Notes under the pieces: model-generated
Databases searched by the model: none
What the model was told of the DNA's origin: nothing
The model's input: the letters and a program-made list of their open reading frames with translations, nothing else
Position numbers and translations under genes: made by a program
Shown here: positions 45,440 through 54,716 of the stretch, in pieces
Layout of the letters: every line of letters starts with the position of its first letter
Numbering within the stretch: the stretch's first letter is position 1
DNA from: a virus
Lineage: Duplodnaviria; Caudoviricetes
Direction: 5' to 3' (one strand)
Virus record (IMG/VR): IMGVR_UViG_3300024999_001770
Span: 1,730-65,729 of that record
Length of the DNA: 64,000 nucleotides

Positions 45440-45871
45440 ATGAACTACCTTAAAAAAGGCCTAGTCGTAATCGCAGGATCGTTTGCGTTCAACGTCTTAG
45501 AAACTTGGCATTTTGGTTGGAACTTATACCCACAAAGCACTTTAGAAGGATTCGCTAGCATGGCTACAGGAGTTGGCCTATCAATTGGATTTGCTCTTAT
45601 GTCTGGTCACGTAATCGCTTCAGTACTTGATCTAACCATTCAAAAAAGGGAATCCATGAAGCAATTAGTAGCTCTTGTGAAAATTTCTTACTATTACCGT
45701 CAGTCAGGAAAGGCACTTGACAAGGCCCTGGAGGCTCTTAACAAGGAGGCTCTTAACCAGGAAGATGTTAACCAGGAAGATATTGACGAGGCCGAGAGGT
45801 ATGAGGCGGTTTATCACGAGTACGAGAAGAAGGCCTCGGCTTGCGACTGGCGGAAAGAGGAATCCCTATGA
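45440..45871 (+). CDS. Hypothetical membrane protein
   Basis: RBS GGAGG plus ATG; two hydrophobic segments. Confidence 0.55.
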   Translation: MNYLKKGLVVIAGSFAFNVLETWHFGWNLYPQSTLEGFASMATGVGLSIGFALMSGHVIASVLDLTIQKRESMKQLVALVKISYYYRQSGKALDKALEALNKEALNQEDVNQEDIDEAERYEAVYHEYEKKASACDWRKEESL

Positions 45872-46048
45872 ACCACACTCAAGCCGTACTTCTAGGCCAC
45901 GTAATCCCGATGCTCACAGCCTTTCAGCTTTGGTGCTGGTATCAATCAGGCAAACGCAAAAAAGTCCGTCAACGGGCCAACGTCAACGGACTCAAGGGAA
46001 AATCAATCATCATTAGTATACCACAACTCAGGAAGGGGATGAAATGAG

Positions 46049-46330
46049 TTGTTAGCGCTTTCCTATACGGAAGCCGTAAGACTTAACTATTACGCCCTGG
46101 TGATTTCAATCCTCGGCGAGTGTCTCCCTGAGATGGCCTTTGAGAAATTGCAGAGCGATAAGCCAGGAAATGTTAAAAACCAGTTAACGTCCGAGGACTG
46201 GGACGACATGGCGAAACTGCGTGAACAAGGTGTTTATTATAAGGACCTTGAGGCGATTTACGGCTTAAACATGGGTCATATTTGCCGGAATCTAAAGAGT
46301 CTTAAAGCTAAAAAAGAAATTGGAGGATGA
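46049..46330 (+). CDS. Hypothetical protein with a C-terminal HTH-like region
   Basis: NYYAL..SI and MAKLREQG..YKDL...YG patterns. Confidence 0.6.
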   Translation: MLALSYTEAVRLNYYALVISILGECLPEMAFEKLQSDKPGNVKNQLTSEDWDDMAKLREQGVYYKDLEAIYGLNMGHICRNLKSLKAKKEIGG

Positions 46331-46333
46331 ATT

Positions 46334-46972
46334 ATGTTTATAACCCTAGGATTTCTCAAGGAAAAATCAGCTTGCGGTGCAGGACAAAGATATTTCGCGG
46401 ATCATTTCCCTGAAGGTGCAGAGTACCAAGCCGTATTGGATGTCTTGGCGAAGGAGAATCAAGACGGTTACGCAGATTGGTTAATGGAGGCCGTTGGAAA
46501 AACTGATGCTGTTATGGAGATCGACGGAGATTTAGAGATTGAGGGAAACATTTTCTTCGCGGGATTAATTAAAGTGAGCGGATTTATAAAAGCAAGTTTA
46601 CGCATCAAGGCAGGCAGTGGCATCAAGGCAGGCAGTGGCATCAAGGCAGGCAGTGGCATCAAGGCAGGCAGTGGCATCGAGGCAGGCTGGGGCATCAAGG
46701 CAGGCAGTGGCATCGAGGCAGGCAGTGGCATCGAGGCAGGCTGGGGCATCAAGGCAGGCAGTGGCATCAAGGCAGGCAGTGGCATCGAGGCAGGCAGTGG
46801 CATCGAGGCAGGCTGGGGCATCAAGGCAGGCAGTGGCATCGAGGCAGGCGATGATTACGGAATTTACGCAGGACTGAGAGTCCGAATTTCATTGAAAGCG
46901 CAATACGCGGTAGTAGTTGCAAAAGAAGCGCCTAAAAACTTATTGCTCGGTATTTTCAAGGCCAAGGAATAA
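46334..46972 (+). CDS. Hexapeptide-repeat (GI[K/E]AG[S/W]) beta-solenoid-like protein
   Basis: 14 hexapeptide units; RBS GGAGG. Confidence 0.8.
   Translation: MFITLGFLKEKSACGAGQRYFADHFPEGAEYQAVLDVLAKENQDGYADWLMEAVGKTDAVMEIDGDLEIEGNIFFAGLIKVSGFIKASLRIKAGSGIKAGSGIKAGSGIKAGSGIEAGWGIKAGSGIEAGSGIEAGWGIKAGSGIKAGSGIEAGSGIEAGWGIKAGSGIEAGDDYGIYAGLRVRISLKAQYAVVVAKEAPKNLLLGIFKAKE
46601..46852 (+). repeat. 14 x 18-bp tandem repeat GGCATC(A/G)AGGCAGGC(AGT/TGG)
   Basis: Read directly from the sequence. Confidence 0.95.
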
Positions 46973-46985
46973 CCAATCGTAGGAG

Positions 46986-47261
46986 GTGGACTCCATGGTA
47001 CTTAAACAAGAGTTATCCGTAAAATGCCAGTGTGGACAAGTTATGGAGTTCCCGGGAGGCCAAGTCAAATCGGTATGCAGCTGTGGTGCCGTATGGGAAC
47101 TCGGCACTGAAGGTTTTTGGTCTATTACCTCGTTTGTGCTGATCTTAGCAAAGCCTGTAGCGGAGCCCCCAGTAGTTGAGACCGAGGTAAGGCTAAGGGC
47201 AGATGAATATCCGCGTTATCCAAGATCCAAGAAACGCAGAAAGGCGGGTAAAGGATGCTGA
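46986..47261 (+). CDS. Small Cys-rich hypothetical protein
   Basis: CQCG...CSCG; RBS GGAGG. Confidence 0.6.
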   Translation: MDSMVLKQELSVKCQCGQVMEFPGGQVKSVCSCGAVWELGTEGFWSITSFVLILAKPVAEPPVVETEVRLRADEYPRYPRSKKRRKAGKGC

Positions 47262-47524
47262 AAAAGGTCGGGAAGGTTGTTCGTAAGGTATTGCGTGATC
47301 TTAAAGCCGAATCGCTCAAGCGTGAAGACGAGGCTCATAAGATCGAGCAAGAGACGCGCCGGATTGAGAAGAAACTCGATAGTCAGGAGTCTGATCACAA
47401 GACTATTGCTACTGTTAGTGATGATGGCGTAATCGTGGATTACATGGACGGCAGGAATATTAGTCAGAGGGGCGTTACTCCGATGTTTATTAGACCGTTC
47501 GGGATGCGGGAAAAGAAATGGTAA
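47255..47524 (+). CDS. Hypothetical protein
   Basis: Overlapping ORF in the early operon. Confidence 0.5.
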   Translation: MLKKVGKVVRKVLRDLKAESLKREDEAHKIEQETRRIEKKLDSQESDHKTIATVSDDGVIVDYMDGRNISQRGVTPMFIRPFGMREKKW

Positions 47525-47709
47525 CTCACGCGTCCAGGGACAGGTATAGCGATGGTAAAAATCTTTCCAAGGCCGTACAGGTTGCAAAATGCGGAAACTC
47601 AGTGCCTCCAGTGTGGCCTGATGCGCTTGTTAGGTCTAATTTGCCAGATCTTTGTAGCGGAACAAAACCAATTGAGGAAGGAGAATTCATTTGGACCAAT
47701 TCGAATTAG
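47518..47709 (+). pseudogene. C-terminal remnant of a C5-cytosine DNA methyltransferase
   Basis: QVAKCGNSVPP..DALVRSNLP matches motif X of phage Dcm proteins; no other motifs present. Confidence 0.7.
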
Positions 47710-48026
47710 AAGTCTCAACCGCACTCAACGAGCTAGGCATCAAGCCCAATCTTCACGGCCATAAGTGCATAAAGGTGGCACTGAACATCCTGCACGAAAC
47801 CCCATCGGCAATCCTTCAAATCGGCAAGTTCTACTCAGCAATAGGGAACACCGTTGGAGTATCACCCAGTAAGGTTGTTAAGAACATTACATTCGCCTTG
47901 GAAAATGTAAGCTCTGATTTTAATGCTCAAAAGAAAGTTCTGGGTACTGCGAGGGAAATGAGCACTACGGAGTTTGTCGCGACGCTTAGCGAGGCGATAA
48001 AGCTTAGGTTGGCGGATAAGGAGTAA
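47691..48026 (+). CDS. Spo0A C-terminal (DNA-binding) domain homologue lacking a receiver domain
   Basis: LNELGIKPNLHGHKCI...FYSAIG....SPSKV.KNI..ALE...TTEFVA parallels Spo0A_C. Confidence 0.8.
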   Translation: MDQFELEVSTALNELGIKPNLHGHKCIKVALNILHETPSAILQIGKFYSAIGNTVGVSPSKVVKNITFALENVSSDFNAQKKVLGTAREMSTTEFVATLSEAIKLRLADKE

Positions 48027-48050
48027 GCAGTCGTGGAGGTGAACTAGGTA

Positions 48051-49292
48051 TTGAAAAAACAAAGCATATTTAAATATGCCGAGTTACAGGAAATGCAATC
48101 ATGGGAACTCGATAAAAAGATTGAAGCAGCCAAGGAAGTAATTCGTGAAACATTTAAACAGGGTAAAAAAATCGCTCTTGCCTTTTCTGGCGGCAAAGAC
48201 TCAACTGCGCTATGGCATTTAATCCTTACGACATGTCCAGAGCAAGCCAAGGATATGGTTGTTATTTTCGGCAATACGGGTGTTGAGTATCCAGAAAGCC
48301 TCAATTTCGCTAGGAAGCTCGGTAGGGATTGGGGTGGAGAGAACTTCCATGAAACAAAGCTAGATCGACTGAAAGTACCACGTCTGAGATATGAAGCACA
48401 AAAAGAAGTATTGTCACTGATCGAAGAGCTCGGAGAAATCGGAAAATACCTAAACAAGAAAGGCCGTTTACTTTCTACAGACAAGCTGAATGAAGCTGTG
48501 ACTCCCGAGATGTGGGAAGACTTTCGTCAACGCAAGCTTGTTTGGGAGAAAGGAACACTCGTCAGCTTTTGGTTCATCGCAGAACAGTACGGCTTTCCTA
48601 TCTTAGGCAAAGACGCCACAAAACTTGATGCTCCCCGGATTAACATTAACGTGTTCCTGAAGTACAGCCCGGAACAGTCGAAGGGTAACGACAGATATTA
48701 CGAAATGCTGAGAAAGTTCCCAGATATGAGAATATCTCATAGTTGTTGTAACTTCATCAAGGAACGACCTTCGCAAAAGCTCCAAAAGAAACTTGGATGT
48801 GACACGCTCTTTCGAGGTCTGTTGGCAAGTGAATCGAGGCGCAGGACTTTTACCTTTCTCGACTATGGATTTCTATACAATACGGCTGACAATTATTTGT
48901 ATTCCAACCCTTTGTCAATTTGGAATGATGTTGATGTTTGGGATTATATACACAAATTTGATGTGCCTTATGCACCGTTGTATGACCTGATAGATGAGGG
49001 CGGGAAAAAACTGTTTGAACGTAATGGCTGCTACACTTGTGGTACTGGCCTTGCTTACGAGAGAAATAACATTGAAATCCTACGCAAATATTACCAGCAA
49101 AAATGGGAGGCTTTAATGAGATATGGCATGGCAAAGGAGATGAAAACATTTGCCTGTGCTATCAGTGACGACATAAGGTTGAACGCCCTAGAGCATGACT
49201 GGCTATTAGATATGAGGCCGTGCGCATTCGATAGGTTGACACCGAGGAAAAACATACTCGAAGACCTACAATACGGAACATTATTATTTTAA
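48051..49292 (+). CDS. PAPS-reductase-family (PP-loop) protein
   Basis: AFSGGKDS, FGNTGVEYPE, CC..IKE.P, ESRRR, PLSIW and RNGCYTC motifs. Confidence 0.88.
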   Translation: MKKQSIFKYAELQEMQSWELDKKIEAAKEVIRETFKQGKKIALAFSGGKDSTALWHLILTTCPEQAKDMVVIFGNTGVEYPESLNFARKLGRDWGGENFHETKLDRLKVPRLRYEAQKEVLSLIEELGEIGKYLNKKGRLLSTDKLNEAVTPEMWEDFRQRKLVWEKGTLVSFWFIAEQYGFPILGKDATKLDAPRININVFLKYSPEQSKGNDRYYEMLRKFPDMRISHSCCNFIKERPSQKLQKKLGCDTLFRGLLASESRRRTFTFLDYGFLYNTADNYLYSNPLSIWNDVDVWDYIHKFDVPYAPLYDLIDEGGKKLFERNGCYTCGTGLAYERNNIEILRKYYQQKWEALMRYGMAKEMKTFACAISDDIRLNALEHDWLLDMRPCAFDRLTPRKNILEDLQYGTLLF

Positions 49293-49436
49293 GGGGCTGG
49301 CATAATGCCAAACTTCACAAGTAACTGGCAAGGATTATGGCTTAGGGAAAGGCGAAAACACCGATTGCATGGAGTGCGGTGCAAGCTTTGAGGCATATAT
49401 TCACTCAACTAATTTAGAGGGGGAAGATGATGAGTA

Positions 49437-50708
49437 ATGAGTATTAAGATCAACAAACTGGAAATAGAAAACGTCAAGCGCGTAAAGGCTGTCAAAATCG
49501 AGTTTACTGCAAATGGCCTGACCGTGATTGGCGGTAAAAACAATCAAGGCAAAACGTCTGTACTGGACGCTATAGCGTGGGTCTTAGGAGGAAACTCATA
49601 TAAGCCTTCCGATGCACAGCGGACTGGATCAGTCATTCCACCTAACCTTCATATGGTCATGTCTAATGGGTTGGTCGTAGAAAGGAAGGGTAAAAATAGC
49701 GATCTAAAAGTCATTGATCCGAACGGTCAAAAAGGCGGGCAAAAGCTTCTTGACGAGTTTGTCGGGCAGTTAGCCCTTGATCTACCTAAGTTTATGCAAG
49801 CGACTAGCAAAGAAAAGGCCAATACCTTGCTTCAGATCATCGGCGTGGGGGACAAGTTGTATGAGCTAGGGAAGCAGGAGCAGGAAACATACAACAAGCG
49901 CAAAACTATTGGTCAGATCAAAGATCAGAAAAGCAAGTTTGCAAAGGAAATGACCTATCACCCTGATGCGCCGAAAGAGCCAATTTCAGCCGGTGATCTA
50001 ATCAAGCAGCAGCAAGAAATACTCGCTCGTAACGGAGCTAATCAGTCAAAACGCCAAAGACTTCGGGAGATCTCGACAACCGTTAATAATTTATCAAACC
50101 AAATGGCTGAATTGCAAAGGAGATTGGACGCTGCACTTGCCGATCAAGAAGTTGCAAGCAAGCCAGCTCTTGATCTTCACGACGAAAGCACTGAAGAGCT
50201 GGAAAACAATATTACCAACATTGAGTCCATCAACATTAAGGTAAGAGCCAATCTTGACAAAGACAAGGCCGAACAGGATGCCCTTGAATACAGCAACCAG
50301 TATGCTGCCCTTACGGCGCAAGTAGAGGGCATCAGGAAAGAGAAGGTTGACCTACTTACCAATGCAGACCTACCTCTCCCTAACCTATCAGTCGTAGATG
50401 GTGAATTGACCTACAACGGTAGAAAATGGGATGGCATGAGTGGATCTGATCAGCTAAAAGTGTCGGTGGCCATCGTGAGAAAGCTTAATCCTAATTGTGG
50501 TTTTGTTCTTATGGATAAGCTGGAGCAGATGGACATGGATACCATGAACGAGTTCGGACAGTGGCTGGAAGCTGAGGGATTGCAAGCTATAGCCACCAGG
50601 GTGTCAACTGGTGATGAGTGCTCGATCATTATTGAAGACGGTTATGTCAAGGGAGCAGATGAATCGGTTCAGGAAGTAGCTCCGACATGGAAGGCTGGTG
50701 AGTTTTGA
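49437..50708 (+). CDS. SMC/SbcC-like ATPase
   Basis: GKNNQGKTS, coiled coil, MSGSDQ and LMDKLE motifs. Confidence 0.88.
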   Translation: MSIKINKLEIENVKRVKAVKIEFTANGLTVIGGKNNQGKTSVLDAIAWVLGGNSYKPSDAQRTGSVIPPNLHMVMSNGLVVERKGKNSDLKVIDPNGQKGGQKLLDEFVGQLALDLPKFMQATSKEKANTLLQIIGVGDKLYELGKQEQETYNKRKTIGQIKDQKSKFAKEMTYHPDAPKEPISAGDLIKQQQEILARNGANQSKRQRLREISTTVNNLSNQMAELQRRLDAALADQEVASKPALDLHDESTEELENNITNIESINIKVRANLDKDKAEQDALEYSNQYAALTAQVEGIRKEKVDLLTNADLPLPNLSVVDGELTYNGRKWDGMSGSDQLKVSVAIVRKLNPNCGFVLMDKLEQMDMDTMNEFGQWLEAEGLQAIATRVSTGDECSIIIEDGYVKGADESVQEVAPTWKAGEF

Positions 50709-51457
50709 TGCCAGAACGTAAAGATCTTATTCTTCATCTGTGGAATCGTGTTAATCGATCTGGAATAAAGGAGCTTATTGACTTTTTGAATGAGTCTGAC
50801 TTTTTCCAAGCCCCATGCTCAGTGAAATACCATTTAGCAAAACAGGGAGGTTTGGCAGAACACAGTTTGAATGTCTATGGCCTACTGGATGAAAAAGTAA
50901 ATCGGTTTAAAATTGATGTTCCAGAAGAATCAGTGATTATTTGTGGCCTTGGTCACGATCTCTGCAAGATTAACTTTTACCAAGAAGGAGGGGATCCGTG
51001 CAGTGATTCCCAATACAGTTACCTTTGTAGTCTTTGGGCACAAAAACAGGGGATATTTTTAGGTACGAATGTAAAACCAGACCTATTTATAAAACTATTA
51101 GGGGAAGATGGTCAGTTTCTACGATCAATTCCTTCTGCAAGTGCAACGATCTTGATCGATTGGCTTAAGAATCGACATCGAGATCCATTCCCAGAATTAC
51201 CAGTTGTGTATTCGATTAAGGATCAGCTCCCCTTGGGCCACGGCGAGAAGTCATTAAGCGTTCTTCAAGGCTTTATTAAACTTACTGAGTTTGAGAAGCT
51301 TGCAATTCGCTGGCATATGGGGGCCTGGGACTTGAGTGACTATTCCGGTAGGTGGGCCTTTAATAACGCCAACAAAATGACGCCCCTTGTGGCATTACTT
51401 TCAACAGCAGACTTTGAAGCGGGGAATATTTTGGAAAGAGAAGAGGTTGAATTTTAA
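50705..51457 (+). CDS. HD-domain hydrolase
   Basis: YHLA..GGLAEHS, HDLCK, LGHGEKS and IRWHMG motifs. Confidence 0.85.
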   Translation: MMPERKDLILHLWNRVNRSGIKELIDFLNESDFFQAPCSVKYHLAKQGGLAEHSLNVYGLLDEKVNRFKIDVPEESVIICGLGHDLCKINFYQEGGDPCSDSQYSYLCSLWAQKQGIFLGTNVKPDLFIKLLGEDGQFLRSIPSASATILIDWLKNRHRDPFPELPVVYSIKDQLPLGHGEKSLSVLQGFIKLTEFEKLAIRWHMGAWDLSDYSGRWAFNNANKMTPLVALLSTADFEAGNILEREEVEF

Positions 51458-51459
51458 TT

Positions 51460-52575
51460 ATGCAAATATCACGCGGTAAAATCGCAAGTGCTCAAAAGTG
51501 CGTAATTTATGGACCGGAAGGCATTGGCAAATCAACCTTCTTGTCAAAATTCCCTAATATCATTTTTGCAGACGTAGAGGGAAGTACCAAAAAGCTAGAT
51601 GTTGCCAGAACCCCTAAGCCAAGTAGCTGGACTATGCTCCTTGAGCAAGTTAGATATTTTATCAAAAACCCTCACAAATTAAACACTTTTGGCTTAGATA
51701 CTGCAGATTGGGCAGAAAAATTATGTGCTGTAGAATTATGTGCAAAATCCAACAAGGATGGAATTGAAGGATTTGGATATGGCAAGGGGTACACCTATCT
51801 TGCCGAGGAATTCGGAAAGCTACTAAATCTGTTGGAAGAACTCGTTGAGGCCGGAGTAAATGTTGTAATTGCCGCCCATGCTTTTACGAGAAAATTCGAT
51901 CTTCCAGATGAAATGGGATCATACGATAGGTGGGAATTAAAACTTACTAAGTATGTAGCTCCCATGGTTCGAGAATGGGCAGATATGGTTTTATTTATAA
52001 ACTATAAGACCTATGTTGTTGATGTAGATGGTCAGGGCTTGCAAAAGGGCAAAAATAAGGCCCAAGGCGGGAAGCGTGTCATGTATACTACGCACCACAT
52101 ATGCTGGGATGCCAAGAACCGCCATGATCTAAAGGAAGAATTGCCTTTTGATTTTAAGGAAATTGCTCATTGTATACCAGTTAAGGGAAGCGCAACTACT
52201 CCACTGGTCACCAAAGATCCGGAGCAAAAGCCAGTGGATAAACCTTCTAATCCAGAAGTAAAAATAAACGAGCCAGCTAAGACGGAACAAACCACAATTA
52301 CAGAACCACAAAAAAAAGAAATCAAAGAGCCATTGACCCAGCAGAATCCGCCTAAGCAAGACCTAACTGGTGTTCCTAAGCCACTGGCAGACCTGATGGC
52401 TGCAAACAGCGTAACAGTTGAGGAAATCCAACAGGCTGTAGCCAGCAAAGGATATTACCCATTAAACGCACCAATATCAAATTATGATCCTAACTTTGTT
52501 TCTGGTGTTCTCGTTGCAGCATGGACCCAGGTGTTCCAGATGATCAAAGATTTTAGGGATGATATACCTTACTGA
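51460..52575 (+). CDS. AAA_24 / Sak4-like recombination ATPase
   Basis: YGPEGIGKST, GYGKGY and WDAKNRH motifs. Confidence 0.88.
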   Translation: MQISRGKIASAQKCVIYGPEGIGKSTFLSKFPNIIFADVEGSTKKLDVARTPKPSSWTMLLEQVRYFIKNPHKLNTFGLDTADWAEKLCAVELCAKSNKDGIEGFGYGKGYTYLAEEFGKLLNLLEELVEAGVNVVIAAHAFTRKFDLPDEMGSYDRWELKLTKYVAPMVREWADMVLFINYKTYVVDVDGQGLQKGKNKAQGGKRVMYTTHHICWDAKNRHDLKEELPFDFKEIAHCIPVKGSATTPLVTKDPEQKPVDKPSNPEVKINEPAKTEQTTITEPQKKEIKEPLTQQNPPKQDLTGVPKPLADLMAANSVTVEEIQQAVASKGYYPLNAPISNYDPNFVSGVLVAAWTQVFQMIKDFRDDIPY

Positions 52576-52634
52576 TACAACATTGTAAACTAACCACGGC
52601 CGAGAAAAGTTGACAATAGAGGAGGAAACAATCA

Positions 52635-53093
52635 ATGAGTGACGAAGGACGCGAGTTTAGTTGGGACGATCAAATCGAGAATGACGGACCAGATTTTGTG
52701 GTATTGCCAGAAGGTGACTATGACTTTGAGGTTGTGACCTTTGAGCGTGCCAGACACAACGGCAGCGATAAGCTTCCCCCATGCAATAAGGCGATTGTTC
52801 ACATCAAGATACAAGGATCACAAGGCGAGACCACTATTAAACATAATCTGTTTTTACACTCGATAACCGAAGGTATGTTGTGTGCGTTCTTCACTGGCAT
52901 CGGTCAACGCAAGAAAGGCGAAAAGGTTACGATGAACTGGAACGCTGTAGTCGGAGCAAAGGGCCGCTGTAGAGTCGGAGTCCGTAAGTGGACGAGTGAT
53001 AAGGGTAATGAAATGACTAACAATGAAATCAAGAAATTCTATGATCCGGGAGAAGCAACGCCGGCCAAAAGTTTTGAGGCTGGGAGGTTTTAG
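52635..53093 (+). CDS. DUF669-like single-stranded DNA-binding protein
   Basis: LPEGDYDF...NEIKKF; follows the Sak4-like gene. Confidence 0.75.
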   Translation: MSDEGREFSWDDQIENDGPDFVVLPEGDYDFEVVTFERARHNGSDKLPPCNKAIVHIKIQGSQGETTIKHNLFLHSITEGMLCAFFTGIGQRKKGEKVTMNWNAVVGAKGRCRVGVRKWTSDKGNEMTNNEIKKFYDPGEATPAKSFEAGRF

Positions 53094-53096
53094 TCA

Positions 53097-54716
53097 ATGC
53101 AGCTTAGGAAATATCAAGAGGAAGCAAAAGCAGCGGTTCTGGATCAATGGGCCAACAACATACTCAAAACCCTATTGGTGCTCGTAACTGGCGGAGGCAA
53201 GACCATAATATTTTCAAAGATCGCTGAGGAATGCGTTAAAGACGGTGAGCGAGTTTTAATACTTGCTCACCGAGGGGAACTACTTGATCAAGCAGCCGAC
53301 AAAATGATGAAAGCGACTGGCCTTGGTTGTGCAGTAGAAAAGGCTGAGAGCTCATGTATGGATAGCTGGTATCGTGTAGTCGTTGGATCAGTGCAAACGC
53401 TCATGAGGGAAAAGCGCCTCATGCAATTTCCACCTGATTATTTTAATACCATCATAGTCGATGAGGCCCACCACTGCTTATCTGATAGCTACCAACGCGT
53501 TCTTGGTTATTTTGATAAGGCAAAGGTACTGGGTGTTACTGCTACGCCTGATCGTGGTGATATGAAGAATCTAGGCCAATATTTTGAAACCTTAGCCTAC
53601 GAATACACGTTGCCCAAGGCTATCAAGGAAGGTTATTTGTGTAAGATAAAGGCTCAAACTATCCCGCTAAAATTGGACTTAACAGGCGTAGGATCACAGG
53701 CCGGTGATTATAAGACTTCCGACTTAGGCAATGCCTTGGACCCTTATTTGCACCAAATTGCCGATGAGATGGCAAAGTACTGCATGGATCGCAAAACTGT
53801 TGTCTTCTTACCGCTAATTAAGACATCACAGAAGTTCCGCGATGTCTTAGAGTCTAAGGGATTCAGCGCAGCAGAAGTAAATGGTACTAGCGAGGATCGG
53901 GCGCAGATCCTTAAGGATTTTGAAACCGGCAAATATAACGTGCTTTGTAACTCCATGCTACTCACAGAAGGTTGGGATTGTCCTGCAGTGGACTGTATTG
54001 TCGTTCTTAGACCAACTAAAATCAGAAGTCTTTATGTACAGATGGTCGGGCGCGGTACCCGCTTATTTGATGGTAAAGACTATTTATTACTCTTAGACTT
54101 TTTATGGCACACAGAAAAACACGAGCTTTGTCACCCGGCCCATTTGATCTGTTCTTCGCCAGAAGTAGCTCAAATCATGACTGAGAACATCGAAGAAGCT
54201 GGCTACCCAGTAGATATTCAAGAAGCTGAAGTCAAGGCCACAGAGGACGCAGTGGCCGCCCGGGAGGAAGCACTAGCAAAACAACTCCAAGAAATGAAAC
54301 ATCGGAAGCGCAAGCTCGTGGATCCTCTCCAATTCGAAATGAGTATCCAAGCTGAAGACCTAGCCAGCTATGTCCCAGCGTTTGGTTGGGAGATGGGGCC
54401 ACCTTCAGATAAACAGGTCAAGACACTTGAGAAATTAGGAATATTCCCGGATCAGGTCGAGAGTGCTGGCAAGGCTGCCAAGCTTTTAGACAAGTTAGAT
54501 ATGCGTCGAACGGAAGGATTAACGACACCAAAGCAAATTCGATTTTTGGAGGGCCGTGGGTTTGAACACGTTGGAACATGGGAGTTTGAGGTAGCAAAAA
54601 AGCTCATTGACCGAGTTGCTGCCAATGGTTGGCGGGTACCTCATGACATCAACCCATCGGAGTATAAGCCAGTAATTAATAATCACGATTCGAGTATGGG
54701 AGGAATATGGCTATGA
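53097..54716 (+). CDS. SF2 DEAD/DEAH helicase
   Basis: TGGGKT, DEAHH, TATP and QMVGRGTR motifs. Confidence 0.93.
   Translation: MQLRKYQEEAKAAVLDQWANNILKTLLVLVTGGGKTIIFSKIAEECVKDGERVLILAHRGELLDQAADKMMKATGLGCAVEKAESSCMDSWYRVVVGSVQTLMREKRLMQFPPDYFNTIIVDEAHHCLSDSYQRVLGYFDKAKVLGVTATPDRGDMKNLGQYFETLAYEYTLPKAIKEGYLCKIKAQTIPLKLDLTGVGSQAGDYKTSDLGNALDPYLHQIADEMAKYCMDRKTVVFLPLIKTSQKFRDVLESKGFSAAEVNGTSEDRAQILKDFETGKYNVLCNSMLLTEGWDCPAVDCIVVLRPTKIRSLYVQMVGRGTRLFDGKDYLLLLDFLWHTEKHELCHPAHLICSSPEVAQIMTENIEEAGYPVDIQEAEVKATEDAVAAREEALAKQLQEMKHRKRKLVDPLQFEMSIQAEDLASYVPAFGWEMGPPSDKQVKTLEKLGIFPDQVESAGKAAKLLDKLDMRRTEGLTTPKQIRFLEGRGFEHVGTWEFEVAKKLIDRVAANGWRVPHDINPSEYKPVINNHDSSMGGIWL

Noticed and set aside
46601-46852. 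Tandem repeat considered as a CRISPR array
   Set aside because: No unique spacers, an 18-bp in-frame coding unit and no cas genes; the MASRQAV and MPLPAL ORFs are shadow frames of the repeat
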